From Aestuariivirga sp. (GTDB lineage: Bacteria > Pseudomonadota > Alphaproteobacteria > Rhizobiales > Aestuariivirgaceae): a DNA stretch of 64,000 bases. The stretch covers positions 2,931 through 66,930 of the forward strand of contig JAYVXY010000132.1 of NCBI GenBank assembly GCA_043784785.1. The letters run 5' to 3'. A model generated the notes under the pieces. That model saw nothing but the letters and a program-made list of their open reading frames with translations. It did not search any database and was not told the DNA's origin. Made by a program: the position numbers and the translations under genes. This document shows, one piece after another, positions 31,670 through 41,992 of this stretch (position 1 is the first letter of the stretch; each line of letters starts with the position of its first letter).

Positions 31670-32521
31670 CTATTTGCTCGACCCTGCCAGCAAACCTGAA
31701 ACCAGATAGCGGTTTAAAACAATTACGATCAGTGCCGGGATCAAAATGGCAATTGTTCCTGAAGCTGTGATCAAACCATAATCAGTGAAATTCTTGGTGG
31801 CAAATTCCGGGATCAAAACCGTCATCGATTTGGTTTTGAGTGTGGGCGAGAATATCAATGGAACAATATATTGGCTCCACGCCCCGAGGAATGTGAGGAT
31901 TGCAGCCGCTGTGAGGCCCGGTGCTGCAATCGGCAATACAATGCGGAACAATATGCCAAGGCGGCTTGCCCCATCCAGCCTTGCAGCCTCTTCAAGTGAA
32001 ATCGGCAATGTTTGAAACACGCTGCGCAACATCCACAAGGCCAGCGGCAAATAAGCCGAGACATAAATCAGCGTGATGCCAAGATAGGTGTCAATCAAAT
32101 GCAAGCTGATCATCAGGCGGTAGAGCGGGATCAAAACCGCATAGCCCGGAACGGCAAGTGTTGCGACAACGAAAACAAAAATGATGTTGCGCCCCGGAAA
32201 CTCAAGCCTGGCAAATGCATAGCCTGCAAGAGTTGCCAACAACACACAAATGGCCGTAGAGACCGTACAGGTGATCACGCTGTTCACAAGCGAAGCCGAA
32301 AATTGCCGCCAGATTGCGCCATCATTGCCAATGCCAAAAAGCCTTTCATAATGCGCGAATGTCAAATGCTGTGGAATGAAATGAAACGGCTTTGAGCCAA
32401 TTTCCGATGCCGGTGTAAGGCTGGTGGCAACCGACCAATAGAGCGGAACCAATGACCACATGACCAGAATAGCAACACCGACATAGAGCACAAGCTGGGA
32501 CAGAATTTTACGCATCATCAA
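31670..32521 (-). CDS. Carbohydrate ABC transporter permease (MalG-like)
   Basis: AGYAFARL, EAA loop EEAARLDGA, TM segments. Confidence 0.93.
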   Translation of the reverse strand: MMMRKILSQLVLYVGVAILVMWSLVPLYWSVATSLTPASEIGSKPFHFIPQHLTFAHYERLFGIGNDGAIWRQFSASLVNSVITCTVSTAICVLLATLAGYAFARLEFPGRNIIFVFVVATLAVPGYAVLIPLYRLMISLHLIDTYLGITLIYVSAYLPLALWMLRSVFQTLPISLEEAARLDGASRLGILFRIVLPIAAPGLTAAAILTFLGAWSQYIVPLIFSPTLKTKSMTVLIPEFATKNFTDYGLITASGTIAILIPALIVIVLNRYLVSGLLAGSSK

Positions 32522-33432
32522 TCCAGTCTTGTATCGCGGTAGACTTTCATCACGAATGAAAGTGAAACCAGCAGCGACAGCAATGTGACGACAAGTGAAA
32601 GCGCCATGCCATAAGAAAAATTGAGATTCTGAAATGTCTCGAGATAGATTTGCACGAGTATTGGCCTGGTGTCGTGGCTTGCACCATTCATCACCCAGGC
32701 CTCTTCAAACAGGTTGAAGGCTTGCACGATGGATTGGGTCATGGCGATGGCAATCGAACTGCGGATCAATGGCAATGTAATAAAGAAGAATGAGTGCGTG
32801 GCACTTGCCCCATCCATGCGCGAAGCATCGCGCAATTCTTGCGGAATGCCTTGCAGTGCCGCCAGAATGATAACGATCGTCAGTGGCATCATGCGCCAGA
32901 CATGCACGACCAAAACCATGGCTATAGAGCTGATGCGGCTGTTGAACCAAAGATGATTGTCAAAATCAAATCCAAATGATGTCAGCGCGCCATTTAAAAG
33001 GCCCGCACCCGGATTAAAGATCCACAACCACATCACTGAATTTACAACACCTGGCAAGGCCCAAGGCAAAACCACAATAGCCAGTAGCCAGCGTCGGCCA
33101 ACTTGCACGCGGTTTAACAACAAAGCAGCAGCTATTCCAAAAACAGTTTCGGCCGCCACGGCAACGGCAACATAAATTGCCGTGTTAAGCCAAGCTGTTC
33201 CGGTCGCACTATCGACAAACATGGCGGCGTAGTTATCAAGCCCAACAAATGGCGTTCCGGGTTGGGTTGGTTTCACACGGTGCAAACTATCCCACACCGT
33301 CATCAGCAGTGGATAAAACACCAAACTGGCCATGGCCAGGATAATTGGCAAAACTAACATAAATCCTAAAAACGCGTCGGCCTGGGAGCCGACGCGTCCA
33401 TTGGGTTTTGGATTCAATATGACAGTGGTCAC
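32518..33432 (-). CDS. Carbohydrate ABC transporter permease (MalF-like)
   Basis: FVGLDNY, LAALQGIP.EL.DA..MDGA. Confidence 0.93.
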   Translation of the reverse strand: MTTVILNPKPNGRVGSQADAFLGFMLVLPIILAMASLVFYPLLMTVWDSLHRVKPTQPGTPFVGLDNYAAMFVDSATGTAWLNTAIYVAVAVAAETVFGIAAALLLNRVQVGRRWLLAIVVLPWALPGVVNSVMWLWIFNPGAGLLNGALTSFGFDFDNHLWFNSRISSIAMVLVVHVWRMMPLTIVIILAALQGIPQELRDASRMDGASATHSFFFITLPLIRSSIAIAMTQSIVQAFNLFEEAWVMNGASHDTRPILVQIYLETFQNLNFSYGMALSLVVTLLSLLVSLSFVMKVYRDTRLD

Positions 33433-34696
33433 TGCTTCTGGGCAACAGCAGTTTCAGCTGCAATGTTTGCCATTGCTTGATCCAATGTAATCTGTCCCTT
33501 GGCAGCGCTGTTCAAATTGGTGTTCACAGCGCCAGAGAATTGTGGATACCAGGGCGGTGTGCCACCATCAAACAACGCACCAACGGTTGGGGCCTGGCCC
33601 ACCAGCGCATCGCCACTGGGAAGCTTTCCGGATTTGTTAAGATCATTCAACGCTGATGTACGGGTTGGCAAAAAGCCTGCATCAAAGTTCTTGATCTGAT
33701 AATCATGCGATGTCATCCATTTGACGAAGGCAAGGGCTGCCTCTTTGTGTGTCGATGAAGAGGGAATGCCAAGCGCTTCGGGCAAACCATAGCTGCGGGT
33801 TTTGCCATCAACTGTCGGCACCAGAATAGCTTCAAACTGGCCTACAATTTTTGATTTTGTCGCATCGGCAAATTGACCCAGACGTCCTGGCTCACCGCCA
33901 ATCATGATGCTGGTCACGCCTTGGGCAAACATGGTTTCATTGATTTCTGAATCTTTGAGAGAAACTGATGCCGGATCGACCAGTCCATCTTTCAGAAGCT
34001 GTAACTCCATCGCCATGGCCTTATAGCCTGCGCTATCAGGGGCCACAAAAAGCGGCTTCATGTCTTTGTCGAAAAGTTCACCGCCATAAGCCTTCGTCAA
34101 CAAATACCAAGCCGTAGAAGCGCCTTCGCTGGCTGAAAGCGGAAGACCGATTGGATATTTTGAAATGCCTTTGGCTTTGATGGCTTTGGCATCGGCAATC
34201 AGCTCATCGAGTGTCTTTGGTGTTCCGGTTACGCCAGCGTCAGTAACTGCTTGCGGTTGATAATCATGACGCGGAAATCATTTGAATATGGAACGCCGAT
34301 CAGATGACCGTTTGACTGGAAAATGGCTGAAGGTGCCATATCATCAATGGACGCCTTGTCGATTGAACCTTCCAGAGGCTCATACCATCCCGATGCGCCA
34401 AACTGGCCCGTCCAGCTCCAATCCATTTCCGTCACATCGGCAGGTGCCGTGTTGGCGATCAGTGATGTGACAAGCTTGGGGCGAATATCATCCCAACCCA
34501 TGGTCTGGAGGTCGACTTTTATGCCGGTGGCCTTTTCAAAATCGTCGGCCAATGTTGGCGCTTGCGGCGATGGCAGGATGACCGTGATGGTCTGCCCAGC
34601 CAGAGGCTTGGCATCATCGGCAAATGCGATCGTCGCTACACCAAGCGAAAGCGAGGTGCTCAGCGCAAGTGCAAAACTGAAGTTCAATCCGTTCAT
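33429..34696 (-). pseudogene. Sugar ABC solute-binding protein split by a 1-bp deletion near 34244 (or an assembly error)
   Basis: Signal peptide at 34696; frame reads ..NRKQL then LTLA*; adding one base restores ADAGVTGTPKTLDEL...WYLLTKAYGG, continuous with ORF 33429-34103. Confidence 0.85.
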
Positions 34697-34990
34697 GTTT
34701 TCCTCCGTTCAATGGGCAGTGTTGATCCTGCTCTGCGTGTTGATGTCCCAGAAACAATCGTTTTGGATTTGACCAGAATGACTGATTTCATAGAGGTATC
34801 ACTAAAAATCATCACTATCTTGCTGGTTTTTCCATAAATATTCTGATTTTCAAGCGCTGCTTCTTTCATTGATGGCAGTGCGGGCGATGCAAATCATCTG
34901 CAATTATCCAGGTTCAGCTCGTCGAATGGGAACAGTCCTACACCTTCTCCAGATGCCACGGAGCCTTTGACCGAACATGGCAATAAACGA

Positions 34991-35098
34991 CCCTTGGCCG
35001 AGATCGCTGGTGCGTCGGGCCTTGGCGCCAAGGCTTAATTCTCCCGCACCTTCAAGGCGAAGTTTGGAGCTTCCCCACATGAATATCGACAGCCGTAA
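34991..35098 (+). pseudogene. Relic C-terminal HTH of an AraC-family regulator
   Basis: Translates PLAEIAGASGLGAKA*FSRTFKAKFGASPHEYRQP*, matching the AraC signature with an internal TAA at the usual aromatic position. Confidence 0.7.
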
Positions 35099-35240
35099 TA
35101 TGTAAAACCATAAAATCATCATGGCCTCTACATAGAAGAGATCGTAACGGTTGTCAAGCTTTATTTCCTATAACGCTATATTATTTCTTATTTTTGTGCC
35201 TCCGCACGGTCTCGTCGGGCTTTCCAGGTTTGCACCATGG

Positions 35241-35675
35241 TCACTTTGACAAAGCGGGTTGGTGTGTGTGGCTGTTGGCAATCACAGCCGTTGCTTCGAT
35301 CTCCACTTTCGCGCGGTCTTCGACCAGTGCCACCACTTGTACCAAGGCCATGGCCGGATAGTGTTTACCGATGATGTCGCGATAGGCATGGCCGAGTTCG
35401 GTCAGGCTGGCGAGATATTCTTGTTTGTCAGTTACATAGATGGTGAGGCGGACGAGATGTTCAGGCCCGGCACCAGCCTCAGCCAGAACGGCAATGATGT
35501 TCTTAAGCGTCTGGGCGAATTGATCGACAAAGTCATCGCTTTCAAAAACCTGATCGGCATTCCAGCCAACCAGCCCACCGCAAAAAACCATGCGCCCCGT
35601 TGCGGCCACACCATTGGAATAGCCGCGCGTTGGCTTCCAGGATTTAGGATGCAGAAATTGGTGGGGTGAAGTCAT
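35241..35675 (-). CDS. RidA-family protein (abm-cluster type)
   Basis: LHPKSWKPTRGYSNGVAA, HYPAMALVQV..L....AKVEIEATA; start ATG 35675 (the longer ORF-track entry runs in a shadow frame of the acyl-CoA dehydrogenase). Confidence 0.9.
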   Translation of the reverse strand: MTSPHQFLHPKSWKPTRGYSNGVAATGRMVFCGGLVGWNADQVFESDDFVDQFAQTLKNIIAVLAEAGAGPEHLVRLTIYVTDKQEYLASLTELGHAYRDIIGKHYPAMALVQVVALVEDRAKVEIEATAVIANSHTHQPALSK

Positions 35676-35688
35676 GGGCCTATTCCTT

Positions 35689-36825
35689 TTAACCGAGCAC
35701 AGCGCGGGCAATGACGATGCGCTGCACATCCGACGCACCTTCATAAATGCGCAAAGCGCGGATTTCACGGTAAAGACTTTCCACAGCAAAGCCATGGCGC
35801 ACACCATCACCGCCATGCAACTGTACTGCTGCATCGATAATACGCTGCGCCGCTTCCGTGGCGTGGAGCTTGGCCATGGCGGCTTCGCGGCTGATCCGGG
35901 CAGCGCCCATATCACGCGTCCACGCGGCACGATAAATGAGCAGGGCCGAAGTATCAACTTCCAAAGCCATATCGGCGATGTGGCCTTGCACCATTTGCAA
36001 ATCGGCCAGGACAATGCCGCCCACCTTGCGGGATTTAACGCGGGCCAAAGCCTCGTCCAGCGCCCGGCGCGCAAAACCCAAAGCGGCTGCACCAACGGTT
36101 GACCGGAAAACATCGAGCACTGACATGGCCAGCTTAAAGCCTTCGCCGGGCTTGCCGATCATGGCCGCTTCGGGAAGTTCAATGCCATTGAAACGCAAAT
36201 GGGCGAGCGGATGGGGAGCGATCACATCAATGCGGTTGACGATTTCGAGGCCGGGCGTGTTTGCAGGCAGAAGAAAAGCTGAAAGGCCTTTGGCTCCATG
36301 TGCTTCGCCGGTGCGGGCAAAGACAACATAAAGATCAGCGATGCCACCATTCGAGATATAGGTTTTTTCGCCATTCAAAACATAACCGCCCTGTGTACGT
36401 GTGGCACTGGTTGCGATGGCGGCGACATCAGACCCGGAAGCGGGCTCAGTGAGGGCGAAGGCGGAAATGGCCAAGCCCTTGCGGGTTTTATTCAGCCACT
36501 GGCGCTGTGCAGCTGTGCCAAATAAAGAGACAGCACCCATGCCAAGGCCTTGCATGGCGAAGGCGAAATCAGCCAGGCCATCATGACGCGCCAGAGTTTC
36601 ACGGATCAGACACAGCGTGCGCACATCCAGCTTTTCGCCCACATCAGCGCCGCTGTGTTTCAGCCATCCATCACGGCCCAGCATTTCAACAAGTGAGCGG
36701 CAAGCAGCATCGACATCACCATGATCAACTGGCAGATGAGCCTTGCACCAAACTTCAAGTGCCTCGGCAAGCTCGCGGTGGCGAGGTTCAAAAAACGGCC
36801 ATGACAGAAAACTTGCATCAGCCAT
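35689..36825 (-). CDS. Acyl-CoA dehydrogenase
   Basis: [48 protein letters not shown]; start ATG 36825. Confidence 0.94.
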   Translation of the reverse strand: MADASFLSWPFFEPRHRELAEALEVWCKAHLPVDHGDVDAACRSLVEMLGRDGWLKHSGADVGEKLDVRTLCLIRETLARHDGLADFAFAMQGLGMGAVSLFGTAAQRQWLNKTRKGLAISAFALTEPASGSDVAAIATSATRTQGGYVLNGEKTYISNGGIADLYVVFARTGEAHGAKGLSAFLLPANTPGLEIVNRIDVIAPHPLAHLRFNGIELPEAAMIGKPGEGFKLAMSVLDVFRSTVGAAALGFARRALDEALARVKSRKVGGIVLADLQMVQGHIADMALEVDTSALLIYRAAWTRDMGAARISREAAMAKLHATEAAQRIIDAAVQLHGGDGVRHGFAVESLYREIRALRIYEGASDVQRIVIARAVLG

Positions 36826-36826
36826 T

Positions 36827-37639
36827 TCAGTTGCCCTCGAACACAGGTTTTTCCTTGGCCAAAAAAGCCCGGTAAGCGCGCTCGAAATCCTTGGTCTGCA
36901 TGCAAATGGCTTGGGCCTGGGCCTCGGCCTCAATGGCCTGCTCCAGGCCCATGTTCCACTCTTGATTGAGCTGGGTCTTGGTGATGCCGTGGGCAAAAGT
37001 GGGGCCTGAAGCGATACGGGTGGCGAGTTTCATAGACTCCTCTTCAAGCGATGCTGCCTCAAAAATTGAATTCCAGAAGCCCCAGCGCTCGCCTTCAGCA
37101 GCACTCATCACACGGCCCGTGTAAAGTAATTCCGCTGCGCGGCCGTGGCCGACGATGCGAGGCAGAATGGCACAAGCACCCATGTCACAGCCAGCAAGAC
37201 CAACACGCGTAAACAGAAAGGCGGTCTTGGCCTCTGGCGTGGCCAGACGCAGATCAGAGGCCATGGCAATGATGGCCCCCGCCCCCACGCACACGCCATC
37301 AACGGCAGAGATGATCGGCTTTCCGCAATTGATCATGGATTTTACCAAATCACCGGTCATGCGGGTGAAGTTGAGCAGGCTTTTCATGTCGAGTCCGATC
37401 AATGGACCGATTATATCATGCACATCGCCGCCCGAGCAGAAATTGCCGCCACTGGATGCAAAAACAACCACGTCCACATCATCGGCATAAACAAGCGCAC
37501 GAAATGTATCGCGCAGCTCGGCATAGCTTTCAAAAGTCAGCGGGTTCTTGCGCTCTGGGCGATTGAGCCGGACGGTGGCAATGCGGCCTTTTACACTCCA
37601 CAGAAAATGCACGGGCTTGAGACCTGCGAGCTTGCTCAT
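36827..37639 (-). CDS. Enoyl-CoA hydratase-family protein
   Basis: [33 protein letters not shown]; subfamily found in abm/sdg clusters. Confidence 0.92.
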   Translation of the reverse strand: MSKLAGLKPVHFLWSVKGRIATVRLNRPERKNPLTFESYAELRDTFRALVYADDVDVVVFASSGGNFCSGGDVHDIIGPLIGLDMKSLLNFTRMTGDLVKSMINCGKPIISAVDGVCVGAGAIIAMASDLRLATPEAKTAFLFTRVGLAGCDMGACAILPRIVGHGRAAELLYTGRVMSAAEGERWGFWNSIFEAASLEEESMKLATRIASGPTFAHGITKTQLNQEWNMGLEQAIEAEAQAQAICMQTKDFERAYRAFLAKEKPVFEGN

Positions 37640-38091
37640 TTTGATTTTCCTTTGGGCATACGCATCAGTAACTCTGCCATGCCCTCCAACTCCTCTTTCG
37701 TGACGCTTCCGAAAAGATTGTTCACTTCGCGCTCATGGTCAACGGCCAGTCGCTCAAACAGCTTCAGACCTTTTGCTGTAAAAGCAACAAAGACCGTGCG
37801 ACGATCGGTTTCGGATGCTGTGCGCTTGACCAGCCCTTCGCGCTCAAGTCGATCAACGACAGTAGTGGCATTGCCATTCGACACCAGCAACATGCGGCTC
37901 AACTCCGACATGGTAAGGCCCTCGCGCTTCCGGTAGAGGGCGGCCATCACGTCAAAGCGCGGCAATGTGGTTTGATGGTTCACGCGCAAGAATTCGCGCA
38001 AATGATTTTCTGCAGCGCGGGTGACACCAAGCAGCCTGATCCACATTTTCAGGCGGCGCTTGGAGAGGGGGTCAATGTCTGGGGCGTTCAA
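37636..38091 (-). CDS. MarR-family regulator
   Basis: [35 protein letters not shown] winged helix. Confidence 0.93.
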   Translation of the reverse strand: MNAPDIDPLSKRRLKMWIRLLGVTRAAENHLREFLRVNHQTTLPRFDVMAALYRKREGLTMSELSRMLLVSNGNATTVVDRLEREGLVKRTASETDRRTVFVAFTAKGLKLFERLAVDHEREVNNLFGSVTKEELEGMAELLMRMPKGKSK

Positions 38092-38840
38092 GTGTCAAAC
38101 TCCGGAATCGCAATGGTTTGGCCATTTATACTTTCTGAACCGTCTTCGCAAAGGCGCAAGGCTATGGCTGTCACCTCTTTTGGTTCGATGAGGCGGCCAT
38201 TGGCGTTCTGTGACGCAAGGGCTTTCAGCGCTTCTTCTCTTGAGCGTCCGGTTTTCCGGACGATGGCTTCAGCGGATCGACCCGTCATTTCCGTATTGAG
38301 AAAGCCCGGGCAAATGGCATTTACCGTAATTGGCTTTTTGGCTACCTCCAAAGCGACAGATTTAACAAGGCCAATCACGCCATGTTTGGCCGCTGCATAC
38401 GGGGCGACGTACGAAAACCCTTTAAGGCCCGCAGTGGAAGCAATGGCGATAAGGCGGCCCCAGCCTGGCATTTGGTTCAGGCCCTCACGAAAGGTGAGGA
38501 AGACGCCTGTCAGATTTACCGCCAGCATGGCATTCCATTGATCGAGCGTTGTGCGCGTGAAAGGCGCACTATCGGCAGCGCCAGCATTGGCGATGATAAT
38601 GTCACAAGGGCCTGCAGCAGCGAACATGGCTTTGACGCTGTCTTCGCTTGTTACATCGGCGGCTACGGCCCTGATGTTTTGGTGCTTCGCTGCAACAGCA
38701 TTTAGTGGTTCGGTCCGCCGTCCAGAGATGATGACTTCGGCTCCACGCTGCGCAAAGCCAAGCGCGAGATCAGCACCAAGCCCTGTGCCACCACCAGTGA
38801 TCAATACCCGTCTGCTGTTCAATGTTTGATTTTGCGTCAT
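38088..38840 (-). CDS. Short-chain dehydrogenase/reductase
   Basis: [22 protein letters not shown]. Confidence 0.92.
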   Translation of the reverse strand: MTQNQTLNSRRVLITGGGTGLGADLALGFAQRGAEVIISGRRTEPLNAVAAKHQNIRAVAADVTSEDSVKAMFAAAGPCDIIIANAGAADSAPFTRTTLDQWNAMLAVNLTGVFLTFREGLNQMPGWGRLIAIASTAGLKGFSYVAPYAAAKHGVIGLVKSVALEVAKKPITVNAICPGFLNTEMTGRSAEAIVRKTGRSREEALKALASQNANGRLIEPKEVTAIALRLCEDGSESINGQTIAIPEFDT

Positions 38841-41122
38841 GCGCGCAGTGTTTCCTGTGCTTTCTGGGCCAGCCTGCGCGCTTGGTCACGGCCTGCCAGA
38901 TAGGGCAATGGCCAATGGGTTGCGTCATCGCCTTGGGCGGCTGCAGCATGCAGTGTCCAATAAGGATCAGTCAAATGAGGTCTTGCCAAGCACACCAGAT
39001 CAGCGCGACCTGCCATAAGGATCGAGTTCACATGGTCGGTTTCATAAATATTGCCGACAGCCATGGTCGCAAGACCTGCTTGGTTGCGGATGCGGTCTGC
39101 AAATGGGGTTTGGAACATGCGGCCATAGACGGGCTTGGCCTCATTTGACGTTTGGCCAGCCGAGACGTCGATGATGTCGGCGCCAGCTTCGGCAAACATG
39201 CGCGCAATTAAAACTGCTTCTTCTGGTGTAACACCATTGTGGCCAACCCAGTCATTGGCGGATATGCGCACAGACATGGGCCGCTCAGTGCCCCATGCAT
39301 CTCGCATCGCACCGAACACTTCCAGCGGATAGCGCATGCGGTTTTCCAAACTGCCACCATATTCGTCGCTGCGAATGTTTGAGATGGGTGAGATGAAGGA
39401 TGAAATCAAATAGCCATGTGCTGCATGAAGTTCGACCATATCAAAACCGCAACGCGATGCCATTTCGGTAGCGCTCACAAATTGCGCCTTCACGAGGTTC
39501 ATGTCGTTGTGGTCCATAGCTTTGGGCATTTGATTGTTGAATGACCATGGAATTGCGGAGGCCGACATGACTGGCCAATTGCCTTGTGCCAGCGGGGTAT
39601 CGCCCTCCTCCCAACCCAATTGCGTGGAACCCTTGCGGCCCGAGTGGCCGATCTGGCAAGATATCTTGGCTTCGGTTTCACTGTGAACAAAATCAACAAG
39701 GCGCCTCCAACCCGTTTCGTGCGCAGGTGCATAAAGACCCGGGCAACCTGGAGTGATGCGGCCCTCGGGGGAAACGCATGTCATCTCGGTACCGACAAGG
39801 CCAGCACCACCCTTGGCGCGCTCAGCATAATGGATGAAATGCCAATCACCCGGTACACCATCAACGGCCTTGTATTGGGCCATGGGTGAAACCACGACGC
39901 GGTTGATCAATGACATATTGCGCAGTTTGAAGGGCGCGAACATCGGCGCGCGGCCGGCTGTGCCGCCTGCCTGTTTCTGGAACCAGTCTTCCGTTTGCCG
40001 AAGCCATTTGGCATCACGCTGGCGCAAGTTTTCATGGCTGATGCGCTGGCTTCTTGTGAGCAGCGAATAGGCAAATTGTTCGGGCGGCATGTCGAGATAA
40101 CGCTCGACCTGTTCAAACCATTCGAGCGAGTTGCGCGCGGCTGATTGCATGCGCAGCACTTCCACGCGGCGCTCGTCTTGATAACGCTGGAAGGCTTGTT
40201 CCATTGTGGGTTCGGAATGCAGGTAATCAGCCAAGGCGATAGCGGAATCAAATGACAGCCTTGAACCTGAGCCGATTGAAAAATGGGCGGTGGCGGCAGA
40301 GTCTCCCATAAGCACTACGTTCTTGTGATACCAGTGCTCACAAATAACCCGCGGAAACTGCATCCACACAGCCGAGCCGCGCAGGTGAGCAGCATTGGAC
40401 ATGAGGTTATGGCCGCCCAAATGTTTGGCAAAAATGCGTTCGCAAGTCGCCACAGTTTCTTCCTTCGACATATCTTGGAAGCCCCAGCGATCCCAGGTTT
40501 CGGGCAGGCATTCAACGATAAAGGTCGCCGTGTCGGCATCGAATTGATAGATATGGGCCCAGACCCAGCCATGTTCGGTCTTCTCGAAAATGAAAGTGAA
40601 GGCATCATTGAATTTCTGGTGTGTGCCAAGCCATACGAATTTGCAGCGACGGATATCAATATCGGGTTTGAAAGTTTCGGCATATTCTTTGCGCACTATG
40701 GAATTAATGCCGTCGCTGGCCACCACAAGGTCGTAGTCTTTGCGATAATCTTCGGCGGACTTGAACTCGGTTTCGAAGCGCAATTCCACGCCCAGTTCGC
40801 GCGCGCGTTCTTGCAGCAGAATGAGCATGGTCTTTCGGCCGATGCCAGCAAAGCCATGGCCGCCGGAAACCGTGCGATGGCCGTTATGGACAACGGCAAT
40901 ATCGTCCCAATAGGCAAAATTGGCCCTGATCGCATTGGTGCTTTTGGGGTCGTTCTTTTGCATGCGGCTCAAAGCTTCATCCGACAGCACCACGCCCCAG
41001 CCAAACGTGTCATTGGCGCGGTTGCGCTCCAAAACAGTGACCTGATGGCTGGCATCACGAAGCTTCATGGAAATAGCGAAATAGAGCCCAGCCGGGCCGC
41101 CTCCGAGACACATAATCTTCAT
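38837..41122 (-). CDS. Bifunctional 2-aminobenzoyl-CoA monooxygenase/reductase (AbmA) / salicylyl-CoA 5-hydroxylase family
   Basis: GGGPAGL flavin monooxygenase domain ([18 protein letters not shown]) fused to an Old Yellow Enzyme domain ([22 protein letters not shown]); 761 aa. Confidence 0.92.
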   Translation of the reverse strand: MKIMCLGGGPAGLYFAISMKLRDASHQVTVLERNRANDTFGWGVVLSDEALSRMQKNDPKSTNAIRANFAYWDDIAVVHNGHRTVSGGHGFAGIGRKTMLILLQERARELGVELRFETEFKSAEDYRKDYDLVVASDGINSIVRKEYAETFKPDIDIRRCKFVWLGTHQKFNDAFTFIFEKTEHGWVWAHIYQFDADTATFIVECLPETWDRWGFQDMSKEETVATCERIFAKHLGGHNLMSNAAHLRGSAVWMQFPRVICEHWYHKNVVLMGDSAATAHFSIGSGSRLSFDSAIALADYLHSEPTMEQAFQRYQDERRVEVLRMQSAARNSLEWFEQVERYLDMPPEQFAYSLLTRSQRISHENLRQRDAKWLRQTEDWFQKQAGGTAGRAPMFAPFKLRNMSLINRVVVSPMAQYKAVDGVPGDWHFIHYAERAKGGAGLVGTEMTCVSPEGRITPGCPGLYAPAHETGWRRLVDFVHSETEAKISCQIGHSGRKGSTQLGWEEGDTPLAQGNWPVMSASAIPWSFNNQMPKAMDHNDMNLVKAQFVSATEMASRCGFDMVELHAAHGYLISSFISPISNIRSDEYGGSLENRMRYPLEVFGAMRDAWGTERPMSVRISANDWVGHNGVTPEEAVLIARMFAEAGADIIDVSAGQTSNEAKPVYGRMFQTPFADRIRNQAGLATMAVGNIYETDHVNSILMAGRADLVCLARPHLTDPYWTLHAAAAQGDDATHWPLPYLAGRDQARRLAQKAQETLRA

Positions 41123-41175
41123 GGCATAATTTCCTTTAGGTGCTCATCGGCCAAGAGTGCCACTGACCATAAAGT

Positions 41176-41205
41176 ATTTCAAGCTTAAAATTTCTAGCTT
41201 GAAAT
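41176..41205. promoter_or_regulatory. Tandem palindromic operators (probable MarR sites) in a divergent promoter
   Basis: TTTCAAGCTTAAAA (41177-41190) and TTTCTAGCTTGAAA (41191-41204); together a perfect 10-bp inverted repeat ATTTCAAGCT..AGCTTGAAAT. Confidence 0.6.
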
Positions 41206-41224
41206 TTTTATGGGTTAGAGCATC

Positions 41225-41992
41225 ATGCAGATCATGGATGAACTGATCATGGAGCCGCGCGAAGGATGGGTACGCCTGACCCTGAACCGCCCTTCTGTGC
41301 GCAATGCGCTGAATACTGCACTTCTTGCCATTTTGGCTGATCGGCTTGATGGCCTGGCCGCTGATCCTGAATGTCGGGCTGTACTGATGTGTGGCGCCGG
41401 CGGGAACTTTGCGGCAGGGGCCGATATTGGTGAAATCGAAAACAAGACCAGTGCTGAAGGGGCTGTTGACCCTCGCAAGGCTCTTTGGTCGCGAATTAGG
41501 GCCTTTCCCAAACCTTTGGTGGCAGCGGTGGACGGGTTTTGCCTCGGCGGCGGTTTTGAGCTGGCCTTGATGGCTGATTTTATTGTGATCGGTGGTGATG
41601 CAAAGCTGGGTCTGCCAGAAACCAATCTGGGCCTGATCCCAGGTGCGGGCGGCGGCCAACGCTTGATGGCTCTTGTTGGCCGCGCACGCACGATGCGCAT
41701 GGTGCTGACGGGCGAGATTATTGACGCAGAAACCGCAGAAGCATGGGGCATTGCGGCTTGGCGGATGGAGGGTTCGGCGCTGCCTGAAGCCGAGGCTTTA
41801 TGTGCCAGACTGGCGCGCCGCGCGCCGCTGGCTCTGGTGGCAGCTAAGAAGGCTATTATCGCCGGCGAAGAATCTGCCCTTGCTTTTGCTGGTGAGCGAA
41901 AGGCTTTCGAAGCTTTGCTCGACAGTGCTGATAAGGATGAAGGCATTGCCGCTTTCAAGGCCAGGCGCAAGCCGGAGTTCAAGGGGCAATGA
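41225..41992 (+). CDS. Enoyl-CoA hydratase (PaaF-like)
   Basis: FAAGADI, GFCLGGGFE, PETNLGLIPGAGGGQRL. Confidence 0.9.
   Translation: MQIMDELIMEPREGWVRLTLNRPSVRNALNTALLAILADRLDGLAADPECRAVLMCGAGGNFAAGADIGEIENKTSAEGAVDPRKALWSRIRAFPKPLVAAVDGFCLGGGFELALMADFIVIGGDAKLGLPETNLGLIPGAGGGQRLMALVGRARTMRMVLTGEIIDAETAEAWGIAAWRMEGSALPEAEALCARLARRAPLALVAAKKAIIAGEESALAFAGERKAFEALLDSADKDEGIAAFKARRKPEFKGQ

Noticed and set aside
34229-34260. Programmed ribosomal frameshift in the binding-protein gene
   Set aside because: No slippery sequence or stimulatory structure seen
35676-36113. N-terminal half of the 290-aa ORF 35241-36113, suggesting a RidA fusion
   Set aside because: It is an alternative frame inside the acyl-CoA dehydrogenase gene; RidA has its own ATG at 35675 with an RBS-like AAGGA upstream
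40283-41188. Long antisense ORFs (301 aa here; also 11574-12296, 37145-37936, 41215-42096, 54793-55425, 61605-62429)
   Set aside because: Shadow frames opposite well-supported genes, with no recognisable motifs; expected in GC-rich coding DNA
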